A DNA stretch of 64,000 nucleotides from a phage: the sequence record PZ053912.1. One strand, 5' to 3'. The position numbers were made by a program, and so were the translations under genes. Shown piece after piece: positions 13,096-22,074 of the stretch (within the stretch, counting starts at the first letter, position 1; each line of letters begins with the position of its first letter). Under the pieces are notes generated by a model that was not told the origin of the DNA, did not search any database, and saw only the letters and a program-made list of their open reading frames with translations.

Positions 13096-13103
13096 TATAA
13101 ATA
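13096..13103 (+). promoter_or_regulatory. late promoter (TATAAATA) for gene 24
   Basis: Exact TATAAATA about 28 nt upstream of gene 24 ATG. Confidence 0.65.
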
Positions 13104-13130
13104 ATCTATATCACATAAGGAAAAAATGCA

Positions 13131-14414
13131 ATGAGTAAAATCCAAAAATTATTGCGTGAATCTACAACGTCTACTAGCAACTCAGTTGGTCGCCCAAATC
13201 TCGTTGCTTTGACTCGCGCTACGACTAAATTAATATATTCTGACATTGTAGCAACACAAAGAACTAATCAACCTGTTGCTGCTTTTTATGGTATCAAATA
13301 TCTTAACCCAGATAACGAATTCACATTTAAAACTGGTGCTACTTATGCAGGCGAAGTTGGATATGTGGACCGAGAAAAAATTACTGAGCTCACAGAAGAT
13401 TCAAAAGCCACACTAAATAAAGGCGATTTTTTCAAATATAATAATATCGTCTATAAAGTGTTAGAAGATACACCGTTTGCAGATATTCAAGAAAGTGATC
13501 TAGAACTAGCTCTTCAGATTGCAATCGTTCATTTAAAGGTACGGTTATTTTCAGATGCAGCGGTAACAAGCAAATTTGAAAGCTCTGATAGCGAAATTTC
13601 TGATGCAAGATTCCAGATTAATAAATGGCAAACTTCAGTCAAATCTCGTAAACTTAAAACTGGTCTCACGGTTGAATTAGCACAAGATTTGGAAGCGAAT
13701 GGATTTGATGCCCCTAACTTCTTAGAAGATTTGCTTGCTACTGAAATGGCTGATGAAATTAATAAAGATATTCTTCAGTCTTTAATTACTGTATCTAAAC
13801 GCTATAAAGTTACTGGAATTACTGACACCGGATTTATTGACTTGAGCTATGCATCCGCTCCAGAAGCAGGTCGTTCATTATATCGAATGGTGTGTGAAAT
13901 GGTATCACACATTCAAAAAGAGACAACTTATACTGCAACGTTTTGTGTAGCCTCAGCTCGTGCAGCTGCTATTCTTGCTGCTTCTGGTTGGTTAAAACAT
14001 AAGCCAGAAGATGACAAGTATCTTTCACAAAATGCTTATGGATTCTTGGCAAATGGATTACCTCTTTACTGCGATACCAACAGCCCGTTAGATTATGTTA
14101 TTGTGGGTGTTGTAGAAAATCTCGGCGAAAAAGAAATTGTAGGGTCCATCTTTTATGCTCCATACACTGAAGGAGTGGATTTAGATGACCCGGAACATGT
14201 CGGTGCATTTAAAGTTGTAGTTGATCCAGAAAGCTTGCAACCGTCTATCGGATTATTGGTTAGATATGCCTTATCAGCAAATCCTTACACAGTAGCAAAA
14301 GATGAAAAAGAAGCGAGAATAATTGATGGCGGGGACATGGATAAAATGGCAGGACGTTCAGACTTGTCTGTTTTACTCGGTGTTAAGCTACCAAAAATTA
14401 TCATTGATGAATAA
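13131..14414 (+). CDS. 24: capsid vertex protein gp24
   Basis: 427 aa (same as T4 gp24); gp23 paralog; late promoter TATAAATA upstream. Confidence 0.95.
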   Translation: MSKIQKLLRESTTSTSNSVGRPNLVALTRATTKLIYSDIVATQRTNQPVAAFYGIKYLNPDNEFTFKTGATYAGEVGYVDREKITELTEDSKATLNKGDFFKYNNIVYKVLEDTPFADIQESDLELALQIAIVHLKVRLFSDAAVTSKFESSDSEISDARFQINKWQTSVKSRKLKTGLTVELAQDLEANGFDAPNFLEDLLATEMADEINKDILQSLITVSKRYKVTGITDTGFIDLSYASAPEAGRSLYRMVCEMVSHIQKETTYTATFCVASARAAAILAASGWLKHKPEDDKYLSQNAYGFLANGLPLYCDTNSPLDYVIVGVVENLGEKEIVGSIFYAPYTEGVDLDDPEHVGAFKVVVDPESLQPSIGLLVRYALSANPYTVAKDEKEARIIDGGDMDKMAGRSDLSVLLGVKLPKIIIDE

Positions 14415-14420
14415 AACAAA

Positions 14421-14443
14421 AGGGACCTTACGGTCCCTTTTTC
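14421..14443. terminator. bidirectional terminator between gene 24 and rnlB
   Basis: agggaccTTACggtccct hairpin flanked by A-run and T-run between convergent genes. Confidence 0.7.
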
Positions 14444-14444
14444 G

Positions 14445-15443
14445 TTATGATACTAATTCAATCCATGCAGGACGCAGAACATCTTGCACCATTCGGACTA
14501 ATTCTTTCTTAACAAGATTCGGATTATCAGATGTTGTTAATACAATACCTTCACGAGAAGTTTCTTCCAGAATATCTTGAACAGTCAATCCCATCACTTT
14601 GCCAAAATCTTTTGGCGTTACAGTCCCAATCTTAGAAATCACATTATTAACACGATTTAATGTAACATAACAAGCTAGAACATCAAGCAAGTTTTTGTCA
14701 ATTTCGGTTAATGGAACCTGAGTTTTAATAGGCTTATCAGACTTTTTCTTTTCACTGAATTTAGAGTTCTTGCACTTAATAGCTACACGAGTACCGTTTG
14801 GCAACCATTTAGGGAAACAAGGCTTCAGAACATAACCTTCTGCTGTATTATCGCCAATAACATTAGCATCAAATACACAATTATTTGCTTCTACAAGATC
14901 TTCTGACGCAGTAGCATTATAAGCGGCTAAGACAGAATCAAGGTCGTTTGGAATCATGATAAGAGCATCGAATGTTCCACGACCGAGCATTGGTGCCATT
15001 TTAAAACCGAATTCATTACAGAAATCTTGCATTTCGTAATCGGTCAAATACGTATTATCACCACTTTCTGTATTGATAAGGATATCGAACACATAAAAAT
15101 CTTTTTCACCGTAGTCAACACCTTTCTGGATTCCACCACCAGCGAATTCACCGAATACTTGATATGATACGGCTCGAGCTGTGTGCATTAATTCCTGAAC
15201 GGCTTTAATAGCTTTATCATACTTCTTGAGTACGACTTCATAACCATAAAAATCTTCTGCTGGAAGAATAGGGCCTGTGCGCTTGGCGCATGTGACGTTG
15301 TCACGTTCAATTATTAACGAGAAGTTGGTCCCATGGATTTTCTCACGTGCTACCCAAACACCAGTAGTCAAACCATTAGTGTAGAGTTTTTCAATAAACT
15401 TAGAGTTGTAGTGGTTTTCAAGACTGCTGTATTTCTTAAACAT
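14445..15443 (-). CDS. rnlB: RNA ligase 2 (RnlB)
   Basis: 332 aa; N-terminus [21 protein letters not shown]...[10 protein letters not shown] (KxHG adenylation motif) and C-terminus ...[12 protein letters not shown] match remembered T4 Rnl2. Confidence 0.95.
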   Translation of the reverse strand: MFKKYSSLENHYNSKFIEKLYTNGLTTGVWVAREKIHGTNFSLIIERDNVTCAKRTGPILPAEDFYGYEVVLKKYDKAIKAVQELMHTARAVSYQVFGEFAGGGIQKGVDYGEKDFYVFDILINTESGDNTYLTDYEMQDFCNEFGFKMAPMLGRGTFDALIMIPNDLDSVLAAYNATASEDLVEANNCVFDANVIGDNTAEGYVLKPCFPKWLPNGTRVAIKCKNSKFSEKKKSDKPIKTQVPLTEIDKNLLDVLACYVTLNRVNNVISKIGTVTPKDFGKVMGLTVQDILEETSREGIVLTTSDNPNLVKKELVRMVQDVLRPAWIELVS

Positions 15444-15561
15444 AAATCACCATTATAAATAATAATATCAAATAATTAGCAGAGACTCTATCTCTGACCA
15501 GATGTTTAATTTGAATGGATAGAACCTAGATTCATTATACCATCAAAAAATGTAAAGCATA

Positions 15562-15813
15562 TTAGAACTTGATTTCTATCCAGTGCCCATCACGTTGGTC
15601 GTGATTAATTTTATACTGAAAGCCATTATCACGTAACCACTGCCCGACTTGCTCTGTGATAGTTAAATCATTCTTTGATGGATAGTATGTGAATTGTGTC
15701 TGACCTTTGTCAGCAGCTTTCTCTGCTATTACTGAGAAGTTAGTAATAAAATCACTCAACAAATTGGCTTTAGTGGCCAGAGCCCTTTCTCTTAATTCCT
15801 GTGCAAAACTCAT
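15562..15813 (-). CDS. hypothetical protein (83 aa; 24.2-like position)
   Basis: ORF in rnlB-hoc interval, overlaps next gene by 4 nt. Confidence 0.55.
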   Translation of the reverse strand: MSFAQELRERALATKANLLSDFITNFSVIAEKAADKGQTQFTYYPSKNDLTITEQVGQWLRDNGFQYKINHDQRDGHWIEIKF

Positions 15814-16016
15814 TTCTTCACCTTTTTGTTAATCAAACGTTTACGGTATACAACTTTTTCTTTTGCTTTAAACTTTGACCGAGCTGTCTCGGCTTTAGTC
15901 CATAGTAATCCAACTTCTTTAGGTTGTAAACCGATTTTTTGAGCAATTTCTACGAATGAAAATCCCGCCTCGTGTAATGTATAAACTTCAACTTCAGCTC
16001 TCATAATCAATCCCAT
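15810..16016 (-). CDS. hypothetical small protein with HTH-like segment (68 aa; 24.3-like position)
   Basis: ORF with FSFVEIAQKIGLQPKEV helix-turn-helix-like segment and basic C-terminus. Confidence 0.5.
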   Translation of the reverse strand: MGLIMRAEVEVYTLHEAGFSFVEIAQKIGLQPKEVGLLWTKAETARSKFKAKEKVVYRKRLINKKVKK

Positions 16017-16085
16017 ATTATTTGGTTTGTGCCATTATACACATCAATCTCAAGTTGTGTTTTGTATGCTTTAAAAACGAAGAAA

Positions 16086-16099
16086 GGGGCCGAAGCCCC
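16086..16099 (-). terminator. terminator hairpin after hoc
   Basis: ggggcCGAAgcccc; minus-strand reading is followed by a U-rich tract. Confidence 0.55.
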
Positions 16100-16105
16100 T
16101 TACGA

Positions 16106-17524
16106 TTATGGATATGTATAGATGATACCAGTTTCCAAAGCAGTTTTATGGATGATGTATCCATTACGTGATTCTTGAACATCAACTTCTGGATAGTCTT
16201 TCATCATCTTCTGAAGGGTGTAACGATGCAGGTAATATTTACTATCTGGGTCGTCAGTTTTCCAATCTTTACCTTCTTCAGTCATTTTTTGGATTTCATC
16301 CATAACCCACCAACCGCACCAGATGTAAGCTGAAGTACGATGTGGAAGAGGATGAACATAAGGTAGTTCACCTTCTGGTTCTGGAGCAACTTTATCAGTT
16401 ACCTGAACTTGACCTTCTGCTGTAATAGTTTTGCTATCGTAATCAGTTGCAGTAATAGTTGCAGTAACTTCAATAGTTTGACTTCCAATAGATGATGTAT
16501 CAACGGTGTATACATTAGTTGACCCTTCTACAGGAGAAGAATCTTTCTTCCATGAATACGTAATTTGTGCTTCTTCCGGAGCACCCGTAACGTTAGCAGT
16601 AAATGTAGCCGAAGCATCTTGCTGAACGTTAATAGAAGGAGGAGTCAATGTAACCTGTGGATTCATTGTCTTCTTATTAACCGTTAATGATACTTCATTC
16701 GAAGTAACTTCCTTTGCATCATAATCTGTCGCAGTTACTTGGGCTACACATTTAATTCTTTTTACACCACTTGTAGTTGGAGTATAGCTAAATGTAGAGT
16801 TAGTTTCTCCACCAACCTGTGAATCATCTACATACCACTGGTACGTAGCAGACGCTCCAGCCGGTTGAGAAGCTAAGGCAGCAGTAAATTGAACTGGGGT
16901 TCCAATTACTCCAGCTGAAGGACTATTGGGAGTTACTGCCAAGGTAGTTGTCTGCGTCTTTTTATTAACTGTTAATGATACTTCATTAGAAATAACGCTT
17001 AGTGCATCATAATCTGTCGCAGTTACTTGAGCTACACACTTGATTTTTTTAACTCCGCTTGTGTCAGGAGTGTAATTGAATGTAGCAGAAGTTGCTTCGT
17101 CCACAGGAGAACCGTCAACGTGCCATTGATACGTAGCGTTTGCACCTGATGGTTGTGAAGCTAAGGCAGCGGTAAATTCAATTGGAGTTCCAATCACTCC
17201 AGCATCAGGGCTACCAGGAGTTACAGCTAAGGTAGTTGTCTGCGTCTTATTTTGAACTGTAATAGTTGTACTAATTTCAGCTGTTTCAGCTTCAGAGTCA
17301 GGAATAGTATTTGTTGCAACAACTTTAATAGTCTTTTGACCAGCAGGTCCTTTTAACACATAATCAAAAGTTTCTGCTGATCCTACTTGAGGAGCATCGT
17401 CTACACTCCATGCATAAGTAATAGTTCCACCTCCAGTTTCACCACTGGGAGTAGCAGTAAACTGCTTAGTCTCATCTATAACTCCAGTAGGTGTTTTAGG
17501 AGTTATATCAACTGTAAAAGCCAT
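16106..17524 (-). CDS. hoc: highly immunogenic outer capsid protein Hoc (472 aa, Ig-like repeats)
   Basis: Repeated ~95 aa Ig-like modules (TTTLAVTP..ATYQW..VKxIKCVAQVTATDYDA) plus C-terminal capsid-binding-like tail ending GIIYTYP; position between 24-region and inh. Confidence 0.9.
   Translation of the reverse strand: MAFTVDITPKTPTGVIDETKQFTATPSGETGGGTITYAWSVDDAPQVGSAETFDYVLKGPAGQKTIKVVATNTIPDSEAETAEISTTITVQNKTQTTTLAVTPGSPDAGVIGTPIEFTAALASQPSGANATYQWHVDGSPVDEATSATFNYTPDTSGVKKIKCVAQVTATDYDALSVISNEVSLTVNKKTQTTTLAVTPNSPSAGVIGTPVQFTAALASQPAGASATYQWYVDDSQVGGETNSTFSYTPTTSGVKRIKCVAQVTATDYDAKEVTSNEVSLTVNKKTMNPQVTLTPPSINVQQDASATFTANVTGAPEEAQITYSWKKDSSPVEGSTNVYTVDTSSIGSQTIEVTATITATDYDSKTITAEGQVQVTDKVAPEPEGELPYVHPLPHRTSAYIWCGWWVMDEIQKMTEEGKDWKTDDPDSKYYLHRYTLQKMMKDYPEVDVQESRNGYIIHKTALETGIIYTYP
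16670..17248 (-). repeat. tandem direct duplication (2 x ~290 bp) inside hoc encoding adjacent Ig-like domains
   Basis: Two consecutive ~290 bp units with clearly similar sequence ending in the same ggtagttgtctgcgtctt block. Confidence 0.8.
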
Positions 17525-17533
17525 AAGTTATCC

Positions 17534-18202
17534 TTATTTTAATGTTACGAAAGAAGAATTACGAGTTTCACGAATTAGAACTGATCCATCGCGATTAATA
17601 TAATAAATTAAACTAAATAATGTTTGGTGAGCAGAAGCATGCACAAAACTAGTTGGGCGAGATTTCCAATCTGGGGTTTCGGCTATCCATTGATAAATCC
17701 ACCAAGGAACAGTAACATATCCAGGGCCTTTGCCTAATTTAATGAGTGTAGGACTAAAATTTTCAGGCAGAACAAATTTTACTTCTTTATTTACCTCTGA
17801 CTCAGGCTCTTTTTCAGATTCAACAACCTGAGTAATTGCTTCTTCGAATTTATCATGGTCGAATTCTTTTTCTTGTTCGACAACTTCTAATACTTCAACT
17901 TGTTCTGTTGGAGAATCAAACAACAGAATAGCTTCTTCTTTAACTTCTTCGTTGGTGAAATTAACACCGTCTACATCATCTGCGGCAGTAATTAAATCGG
18001 TGATAGATAATCCATCAGTTTCAGGTAATGGTTCATCAGCCAGTGCGTTAAGAGCTTCTTCGATATCAATAACAATATTATCGAATGATTTTGTTTTCTT
18101 AACACTAATGCCAAATTGTTCCGCATATTCAAACAGTTTAGCTTTGGCTTCCTTTTTATCAGAAAGAGCACGTAACTCTTCAATATAGTCTTTATCGATC
18201 AT
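17534..18202 (-). CDS. inh: inhibitor of prohead protease (Inh)
   Basis: 222 aa acidic protein adjacent to hoc, size and position as T4 inh. Confidence 0.7.
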   Translation of the reverse strand: MIDKDYIEELRALSDKKEAKAKLFEYAEQFGISVKKTKSFDNIVIDIEEALNALADEPLPETDGLSITDLITAADDVDGVNFTNEEVKEEAILLFDSPTEQVEVLEVVEQEKEFDHDKFEEAITQVVESEKEPESEVNKEVKFVLPENFSPTLIKLGKGPGYVTVPWWIYQWIAETPDWKSRPTSFVHASAHQTLFSLIYYINRDGSVLIRETRNSSFVTLK

Positions 18203-18215
18203 GGTATTTCCTCAT

Positions 18216-18223
18216 TATAAATA
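18216..18223 (+). promoter_or_regulatory. late promoter (TATAAATA) for uvsW
   Basis: Exact TATAAATA about 30 nt upstream of uvsW ATG. Confidence 0.6.
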
Positions 18224-18252
18224 TAACTATATTTATTACATGGTAATTTGAC

Positions 18253-19767
18253 ATGACTGACATTAAAGTACATTTTTATGATTTTAGTCACGTGCGCATT
18301 GAATGCGACGAAAGTACGTTTTACGAACTTCGTGACTTTTTTAGCTTTGAAGCTGACGGGTATAAATTTAACCCAAAATATCGCTATGGGCAATGGGATG
18401 GTAGAATTCGACTTTTAGATTACAACCGTTTGTTACCATATGGACTTGTAGGACAAATAAAAAAGTTCTGTAACAATATGAGTTATTCTGTATGGATTGA
18501 CCCTAAAATCTTTGAGACCGAAGACCTTACCAGGGAAGATTTTGACGCATGGCTTTCTAAACAAGAGATTTATTCGGGCAACGCCAAAATCGAACCACAT
18601 TGGTATCAAAAAGATGCAGTATATGAAGGACTAGTTAATCGTCGTCGAATTTTAAACCTTCCGACATCAGCAGGTAAATCACTAATCCAAGCACTTTTAG
18701 CTCGATATTATCTAGAGAACTATGAAGGTAAAATTCTCATTATCGTCCCTACAACAGCATTGACAACCCAGATGGCTAATGATTTTGTTGATTATCGCTT
18801 GTTTAGTCATTCGATGATTAAGAAAATTGGCGGTGGTGCTGATAAAGCAGACAGAGCTAAAAACGACGCTCCAATTATTGTTGGCACATGGCAAACGGTA
18901 GTTAAGCAGCCTAAAGAATGGTTCTCTCAATTCGGTATGATGATGAACGATGAATGCCACTTAGCAACAGGCAAAAGTATTTCTTCAATCATCTCAGGAT
19001 TAAATAATTGCATGTTTAAATTCGGTTTATCTGGCTCATTAAGAGACGGAAAAGCCAATGTAATGCAGTACGTAGGTATGTTCGGCGAAATCTTCCGTCC
19101 TGTTAGCACGTCTAAATTAATGGAAGACGGACAGGTAACTGAGCTTAAGATTAATAGTATTTTCCTTCGTTATCCGGACGAATTCACCGTTAAATTAAAA
19201 GGTAAAACATACCAAGAAGAAGTTAAAATTATTACCGGACTAAAACGACGTACAAAGTGGATTGCTCAACTGTCAGTCAAATTGGCTAAGAAAGACGAGA
19301 ACGCCTTTGTAATGTTTAAACACGTTACACACGGTAAAGAAATATTTGAAGCTATTAAAGAGCTTGGATACGAAAAAGTTTATTACGTATCAGGTGAAGT
19401 TGATACTGAAACACGTAACGCGCTTAAAGTCATGGCAGAAAATGGTAAAGGCATTATTATTGTCGCATCATATGGAGTATTCTCTACTGGTATTTCAGTC
19501 AAGAATCTTCATCATGTTATTTTCGCCCATGGTGTTAAATCAAAAATTATCGTACTTCAAACCGTAGGTCGCGTGCTTCGTAAGCATGGTTCTAAAGCTG
19601 TTGCTACAGTTTGGGATCTCATCGATGACGCAGGTGTAAAACCTAAATCATTAAATACTAAAAAGAAGTATACTCATCTTAATTACTTGTTAAAACACGG
19701 TATTGATCGTATCCAACGTTACGCTGATGAGAAATTTAACTATGTAATGAAAACAATTAATTTATAA
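18253..19767 (+). CDS. uvsW: UvsW helicase (SF2 ATPase)
   Basis: 504 aa; N-terminus MTDIKVHFYDFSHVRIECDESTFYELRDFF as T4 UvsW; helicase motifs (TSAGKS, DECH); late promoter upstream. Confidence 0.95.
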   Translation: MTDIKVHFYDFSHVRIECDESTFYELRDFFSFEADGYKFNPKYRYGQWDGRIRLLDYNRLLPYGLVGQIKKFCNNMSYSVWIDPKIFETEDLTREDFDAWLSKQEIYSGNAKIEPHWYQKDAVYEGLVNRRRILNLPTSAGKSLIQALLARYYLENYEGKILIIVPTTALTTQMANDFVDYRLFSHSMIKKIGGGADKADRAKNDAPIIVGTWQTVVKQPKEWFSQFGMMMNDECHLATGKSISSIISGLNNCMFKFGLSGSLRDGKANVMQYVGMFGEIFRPVSTSKLMEDGQVTELKINSIFLRYPDEFTVKLKGKTYQEEVKIITGLKRRTKWIAQLSVKLAKKDENAFVMFKHVTHGKEIFEAIKELGYEKVYYVSGEVDTETRNALKVMAENGKGIIIVASYGVFSTGISVKNLHHVIFAHGVKSKIIVLQTVGRVLRKHGSKAVATVWDLIDDAGVKPKSLNTKKKYTHLNYLLKHGIDRIQRYADEKFNYVMKTINL

Positions 19768-19792
19768 GGGCTTCGGCCCTTAGGAGATAAAA

Positions 19793-20026
19793 ATGGTACT
19801 TGAATTTAAACAATTTTTATACGAAGCATCTATTGACGAATTCATGGGTAAAATTGCTAGTTGTCATACCTTAGAAGGGCTTGAAGAATTGGAAGCTTAT
19901 TATAAGAAACGTATAAAAGAAACGGAATTAAAAGATACAGATGATATTTCTGTCAGGGATGCCTTAGCAGGTAAGCGTGCCGAACTTGAAGGCGACGATG
20001 ATGAGGATGAGGAAGAAGACTTCTAA
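19793..20026 (+). CDS. uvsW.1: UvsW.1 small acidic protein
   Basis: 77 aa with acidic DDDEDEEEDF tail directly after uvsW. Confidence 0.8.
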   Translation: MVLEFKQFLYEASIDEFMGKIASCHTLEGLEELEAYYKKRIKETELKDTDDISVRDALAGKRAELEGDDDEDEEEDF

Positions 20027-20084
20027 TTAAAAAAAGGCCCGACCTTTTTGGAAGGGCCAAAAACCATAGGCAAAAAAGGTAACA

Positions 20085-20252
20085 CTATAGTAAAAGTTGG
20101 GTTTCGTTCAATTGCTCTTCTGAACTTTCTGAAACCGGCATTTGTTGGACATAATTATAACAAGGACCAGGATGTGCTGGACCTTTGTCTGTTTCAACAA
20201 CCAATGCAGAATCGATTGGAGTTTTACAGACAACACAAATCTTATCTGACAT
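20085..20252 (-). CDS. uvsY.-2: UvsY.-2-like small cysteine-rich protein (55 aa; not in ORF track)
   Basis: Minus-strand ORF MSDKICVVCKTPIDS...PGPCYNY with CxxC...C and strong AGGAGG RBS; below the 60 aa ORF-track threshold. Confidence 0.6.
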   Translation of the reverse strand: MSDKICVVCKTPIDSALVVETDKGPAHPGPCYNYVQQMPVSESSEEQLNETQLLL

Positions 20253-20284
20253 GATTGCCTCCTAAGTTGAAATTACATATCTAT

Positions 20285-20509
20285 TTATACCATTCGCATG
20301 CACATATCGATACCCATATCTTTTGTATAAAAATACTCGTCGATGTACCCAGCAAACTTCCCTTTAATATAAAGGACGTCTTCGCCACAAGGATGGTCTG
20401 CCAGAATACGAATATCCTGGCGACGCAGACGATACTTTTCCATTAAGAATTTAATTTCAGTTTCAAATTCTTCATCATTATTAAAGGCATCTTCAATTGA
20501 ATAACGCAT
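20285..20509 (-). CDS. uvsY.-1: UvsY.-1 conserved hypothetical protein
   Basis: 74 aa ORF immediately downstream of uvsY, T4 synteny. Confidence 0.7.
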   Translation of the reverse strand: MRYSIEDAFNNDEEFETEIKFLMEKYRLRRQDIRILADHPCGEDVLYIKGKFAGYIDEYFYTKDMGIDMCMRMV

Positions 20510-20922
20510 TATTGTCCCGCTTCAAATTCTCGCATATCCTGGATATGTTTAAGTGCAAAACTACGAGACTTAACTGCGTCAAGTGCACCACTACAGAACT
20601 CAAGTAAAATTCCCCAGTATTGTAAAGTAGTCTCTATTTTAAGCACATCTTTATCTGCAGCCAGGACAGTTTTCATTTCAGATTTCTCGTATCGGTCCAT
20701 ACTGAATTCATCACCATCACCTCGTCCCGAGTAGTAGTCTAATCTTGCTTTTAGAGCAGTTTTCTTCTGGGTCTCTATACGCAACATTTCTTTACGAATA
20801 AATGAGTGCTTACGTAGCCATTTGCTGTATAACTTAACATTATTCGCCGTCTCATATTGCAACTTTGTCGTATCAATAGCTAAGTCTGCGTCTAACTCTT
20901 CCTGTAAATCTTCCAGCTTCAT
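20509..20922 (-). CDS. uvsY: recombination mediator UvsY
   Basis: 137 aa from internal ATG (MKLEDLQEEL...), matches remembered T4 UvsY in length and sequence; longer track ORF rejected. Confidence 0.95.
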   Translation of the reverse strand: MKLEDLQEELDADLAIDTTKLQYETANNVKLYSKWLRKHSFIRKEMLRIETQKKTALKARLDYYSGRGDGDEFSMDRYEKSEMKTVLAADKDVLKIETTLQYWGILLEFCSGALDAVKSRSFALKHIQDMREFEAGQ

Positions 20923-20977
20923 AATATTCTCTCTTTTAACTAATAATCTCCCGGCTGTATCGGAAGGACCTAAAACC

Positions 20978-21002
20978 ATTATACATAGGTTGCCTTGAAG
21001 CA
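20978..21002 (-). promoter_or_regulatory. MotA-dependent middle promoter for uvsY
   Basis: Minus strand reads aTGCTTCA-12 nt-TATAAT, i.e. MotA box followed by sigma70 -10, about 55 nt upstream of uvsY ATG. Confidence 0.6.
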
Positions 21003-21401
21003 TTACACTCTATTGCTTGACGCTAACTGAAGTTTAATTTGTTCGATATCATCAGGGTTATCTACGACCGAAAATCTAATCTCTACTATAACCGTATAGT
21101 CATCATATACTGGCGTTACACTCACAGAAAGTTTGTCGATGCGTGGCTCATAGTTACGAACAGCTGCCTGGATATTACGCTCAATCGTATCGGCTGTAAG
21201 TGGTGTCATGTTCTCGAAAAGTTCGTCGACCAAATCGCATCCAAATTCAGGGTCGAAGGGGCGTGAGCCTTTTCTAGTTGTCACTATACCAAGAAGACTA
21301 TTTTTAATAGAACGAAGTCCTACAGAACGAGCAACGTCCTTGTTCCAATCCATACGCATTTCTGGGTCGATATCTGAATAAAGTTTATTGATATTAGACA
21401 T
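21003..21401 (-). CDS. 25: baseplate wedge subunit gp25
   Basis: 132 aa; near-identical to remembered T4 gp25 (NINKLYSDIDPEM..IKLQLASSNRV). Confidence 0.95.
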   Translation of the reverse strand: MSNINKLYSDIDPEMRMDWNKDVARSVGLRSIKNSLLGIVTTRKGSRPFDPEFGCDLVDELFENMTPLTADTIERNIQAAVRNYEPRIDKLSVSVTPVYDDYTVIVEIRFSVVDNPDDIEQIKLQLASSNRV

Positions 21402-22027
21402 TATAGTAACTCAAAGAATTCTTTGAGGCCTCGTATTGTGTGAACGTGTGACGCCCCACATTTGGGACATTTAATAGGGGTTGCCAGATAAATTGATGGC
21501 GATACTAAAAGATTTTTAATATTGATCATGTCATCTTCTGTTATAAGGCCGTAAAGGTCGTTTATTTCTGCTTCAGTTAAATCTTCAACAGGGATGGACT
21601 CTCCATTGACAAAAACGGCCTCAATACATGAAGCAATCATTAATGCGATATTTTTATCGTCAAATAATTTAGGTTGACGGAACTTAATTTTAATACCACT
21701 GAACGAATACCAGGGATTGGCCTGTTCATCTAATTGAGTGTGCAATAAATTCATATAGACTTGAAATGAATGCCCACAGGAACAATTCCAGGTGTGTTCT
21801 TGATTCACTTCACCTAATGAATGTGCCCACAGATTTACCAACAATAACTCGGCTTCTTGTTTAGTCAAGTTTTTAGCGTTAGAGCAATTAGTGATAATAT
21901 TGTTCACTGCCGATTCAATAGTACCGGTAGCCCGCGCACCTATGAGTCCTAAATATTCTTTTAAAGTAAAGGCTCTACAATTCACTTCTTTATCGCCTAA
22001 ACGTACGGTAAACGTATATTTGTACAT
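21401..22027 (-). CDS. 26: baseplate hub subunit gp26
   Basis: 208 aa; position upstream of 25; paralogous to gp51. Confidence 0.85.
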   Translation of the reverse strand: MYKYTFTVRLGDKEVNCRAFTLKEYLGLIGARATGTIESAVNNIITNCSNAKNLTKQEAELLLVNLWAHSLGEVNQEHTWNCSCGHSFQVYMNLLHTQLDEQANPWYSFSGIKIKFRQPKLFDDKNIALMIASCIEAVFVNGESIPVEDLTEAEINDLYGLITEDDMINIKNLLVSPSIYLATPIKCPKCGASHVHTIRGLKEFFELL

Positions 22028-22045
22028 GTTAACTCCTTTATTGTG

Positions 22046-22053
22046 TATTTATA
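22046..22053 (-). promoter_or_regulatory. late promoter (TATAAATA on minus strand) for genes 26-25
   Basis: Plus strand tatttata; overlaps the divergent gene 51 promoter. Confidence 0.55.
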
Positions 22054-22057
22054 AATA
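22050..22057 (+). promoter_or_regulatory. late promoter (TATAAATA) for gene 51
   Basis: Exact TATAAATA 18 nt upstream of gene 51 ATG. Confidence 0.6.
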
Positions 22058-22074
22058 ATAGAAAAGGAGTAATT

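Noticed and set aside
15464-15471. Plus-strand TATAAATA in the rnlB-upstream intergenic region
   Set aside because: It would direct transcription antisense into minus-strand genes with no plus-strand ORF downstream; probably a chance match in AT-rich sequence.
16670-17248. Tandem repeats in hoc (and at 63781-63840 in gene 37) as a possible CRISPR array or non-coding repeat
   Set aside because: The repeats are in-frame coding duplications of protein domains, with no spacer-repeat periodicity of CRISPR type.
20048-20254. Plus-strand 68-aa ORF in the uvsW.1-uvsY.-1 gap (and the adjacent 20255-20446 plus-strand ORF)
   Set aside because: They overlap better-supported minus-strand genes (uvsY.-2 with an AGGAGG RBS, and uvsY.-1), lack convincing RBSs and do not fit T4 synteny.
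20509-21003. Longest-ORF starts for uvsY (164 aa), frd (223 aa), alc (187 aa), nrdB (383 aa), dsbA (95 aa) and the 28360-28725 ORF
   Set aside because: Internal ATGs with good RBSs give products matching the known T4 protein lengths and N-termini. The upstream extensions overlap neighbouring genes or promoters; the nrdB track start is a GTG.
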